NCBI GenBank assembly: GCA_963713825.1
Contig: CAVQNG010000003.1
Location: 992,001-1,056,000, forward strand
Reading direction: 5' to 3'
Source of the DNA: an uncultured Acidobacteriota bacterium
Lineage (GTDB): Bacteria; Acidobacteriota; Thermoanaerobaculia; Multivoradales; JAHEKO01
Length of the DNA: 64,000 bases
In this document: positions 63,858 through 64,000 of the stretch, in pieces
Layout of the letters: the number at the start of each line of letters is the position of its first letter
Position numbering within the stretch: the first letter of the stretch is position 1
Made by a program: the position numbers and the translations under genes
The notes under the pieces: generated by a model
What the model was told of the DNA's origin: nothing
Databases searched by the model: none
The model's input: only the letters and a program-made list of their open reading frames with translations

Positions 63858-64000
63858 GTTCCCCACCCTAGCAGCCCTACTGTTGGCCGGATTGGTGCTC
63901 CTGCCGAGTTGTGGGTCTCGAGAGGAGGGATCGATTCCTGAGGAGGCCGGCAGCACTCCCGAGGCCACCTACGTCGGCAGGGAGGCGTGCTCGAGTTGTC
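63838..64000 (+). CDS. 5' end of a lipoprotein c-type cytochrome (probably multiheme), truncated by the window
   Basis: Manual translation: ..LAALLLAGLVLLPSC..ATYVGREACSSC(c..), the start of a CxxCH motif after YVG. Confidence 0.6.
   Translation, partial: MSDAAAEFPTLAALLLAGLVLLPSCGSREEGSIPEEAGSTPEATYVGREACSSC

Overview
This is a GC-rich bacterial chromosomal window. An Acidobacteriota-like marine/sediment organism is my low-confidence guess, and the sequence is probably an unpolished long-read assembly, since about 15 single-base frameshifts fall in otherwise intact conserved genes. Core content: gdhA-nhaA-Na/Pi cotransporter, an RND efflux trio, LOG-ppk2, a traR/dksA-Zn peptidase-ftsH-cls-mscS-patatin cluster, AsmA-like protein, copZ-csoR-copA, and a full nqrABCDEF-apbE-(GT8)-nqrM operon. 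The main points of interest are five. (1) An HUH/Y1 (RAYT-like) transposase bounded by 26-bp inverted ends, whose end motif recurs as miniature joined-end palindromes elsewhere. (2) Two further dispersed intergenic hairpin-repeat families: a ~46-bp unit (8 units at 5 loci) and a 169-bp gapless element (2 copies). (3) A UGA-recoded DsbA/FrnE selenoprotein (UxxC) with a bSECIS-like hairpin, which the ORF track truncates. (4) Three different small-protein + nucleotidyltransferase toxin-antitoxin-like pairs, two with visible palindromic operators, one being a triple operator at 21-bp spacing. (5) A STAND-like ATPase with a DUF4145/HEPN-like C-terminus. I recognised no rRNA, tRNA or CRISPR array. 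All calls come from motif recognition by eye; no searches were run.
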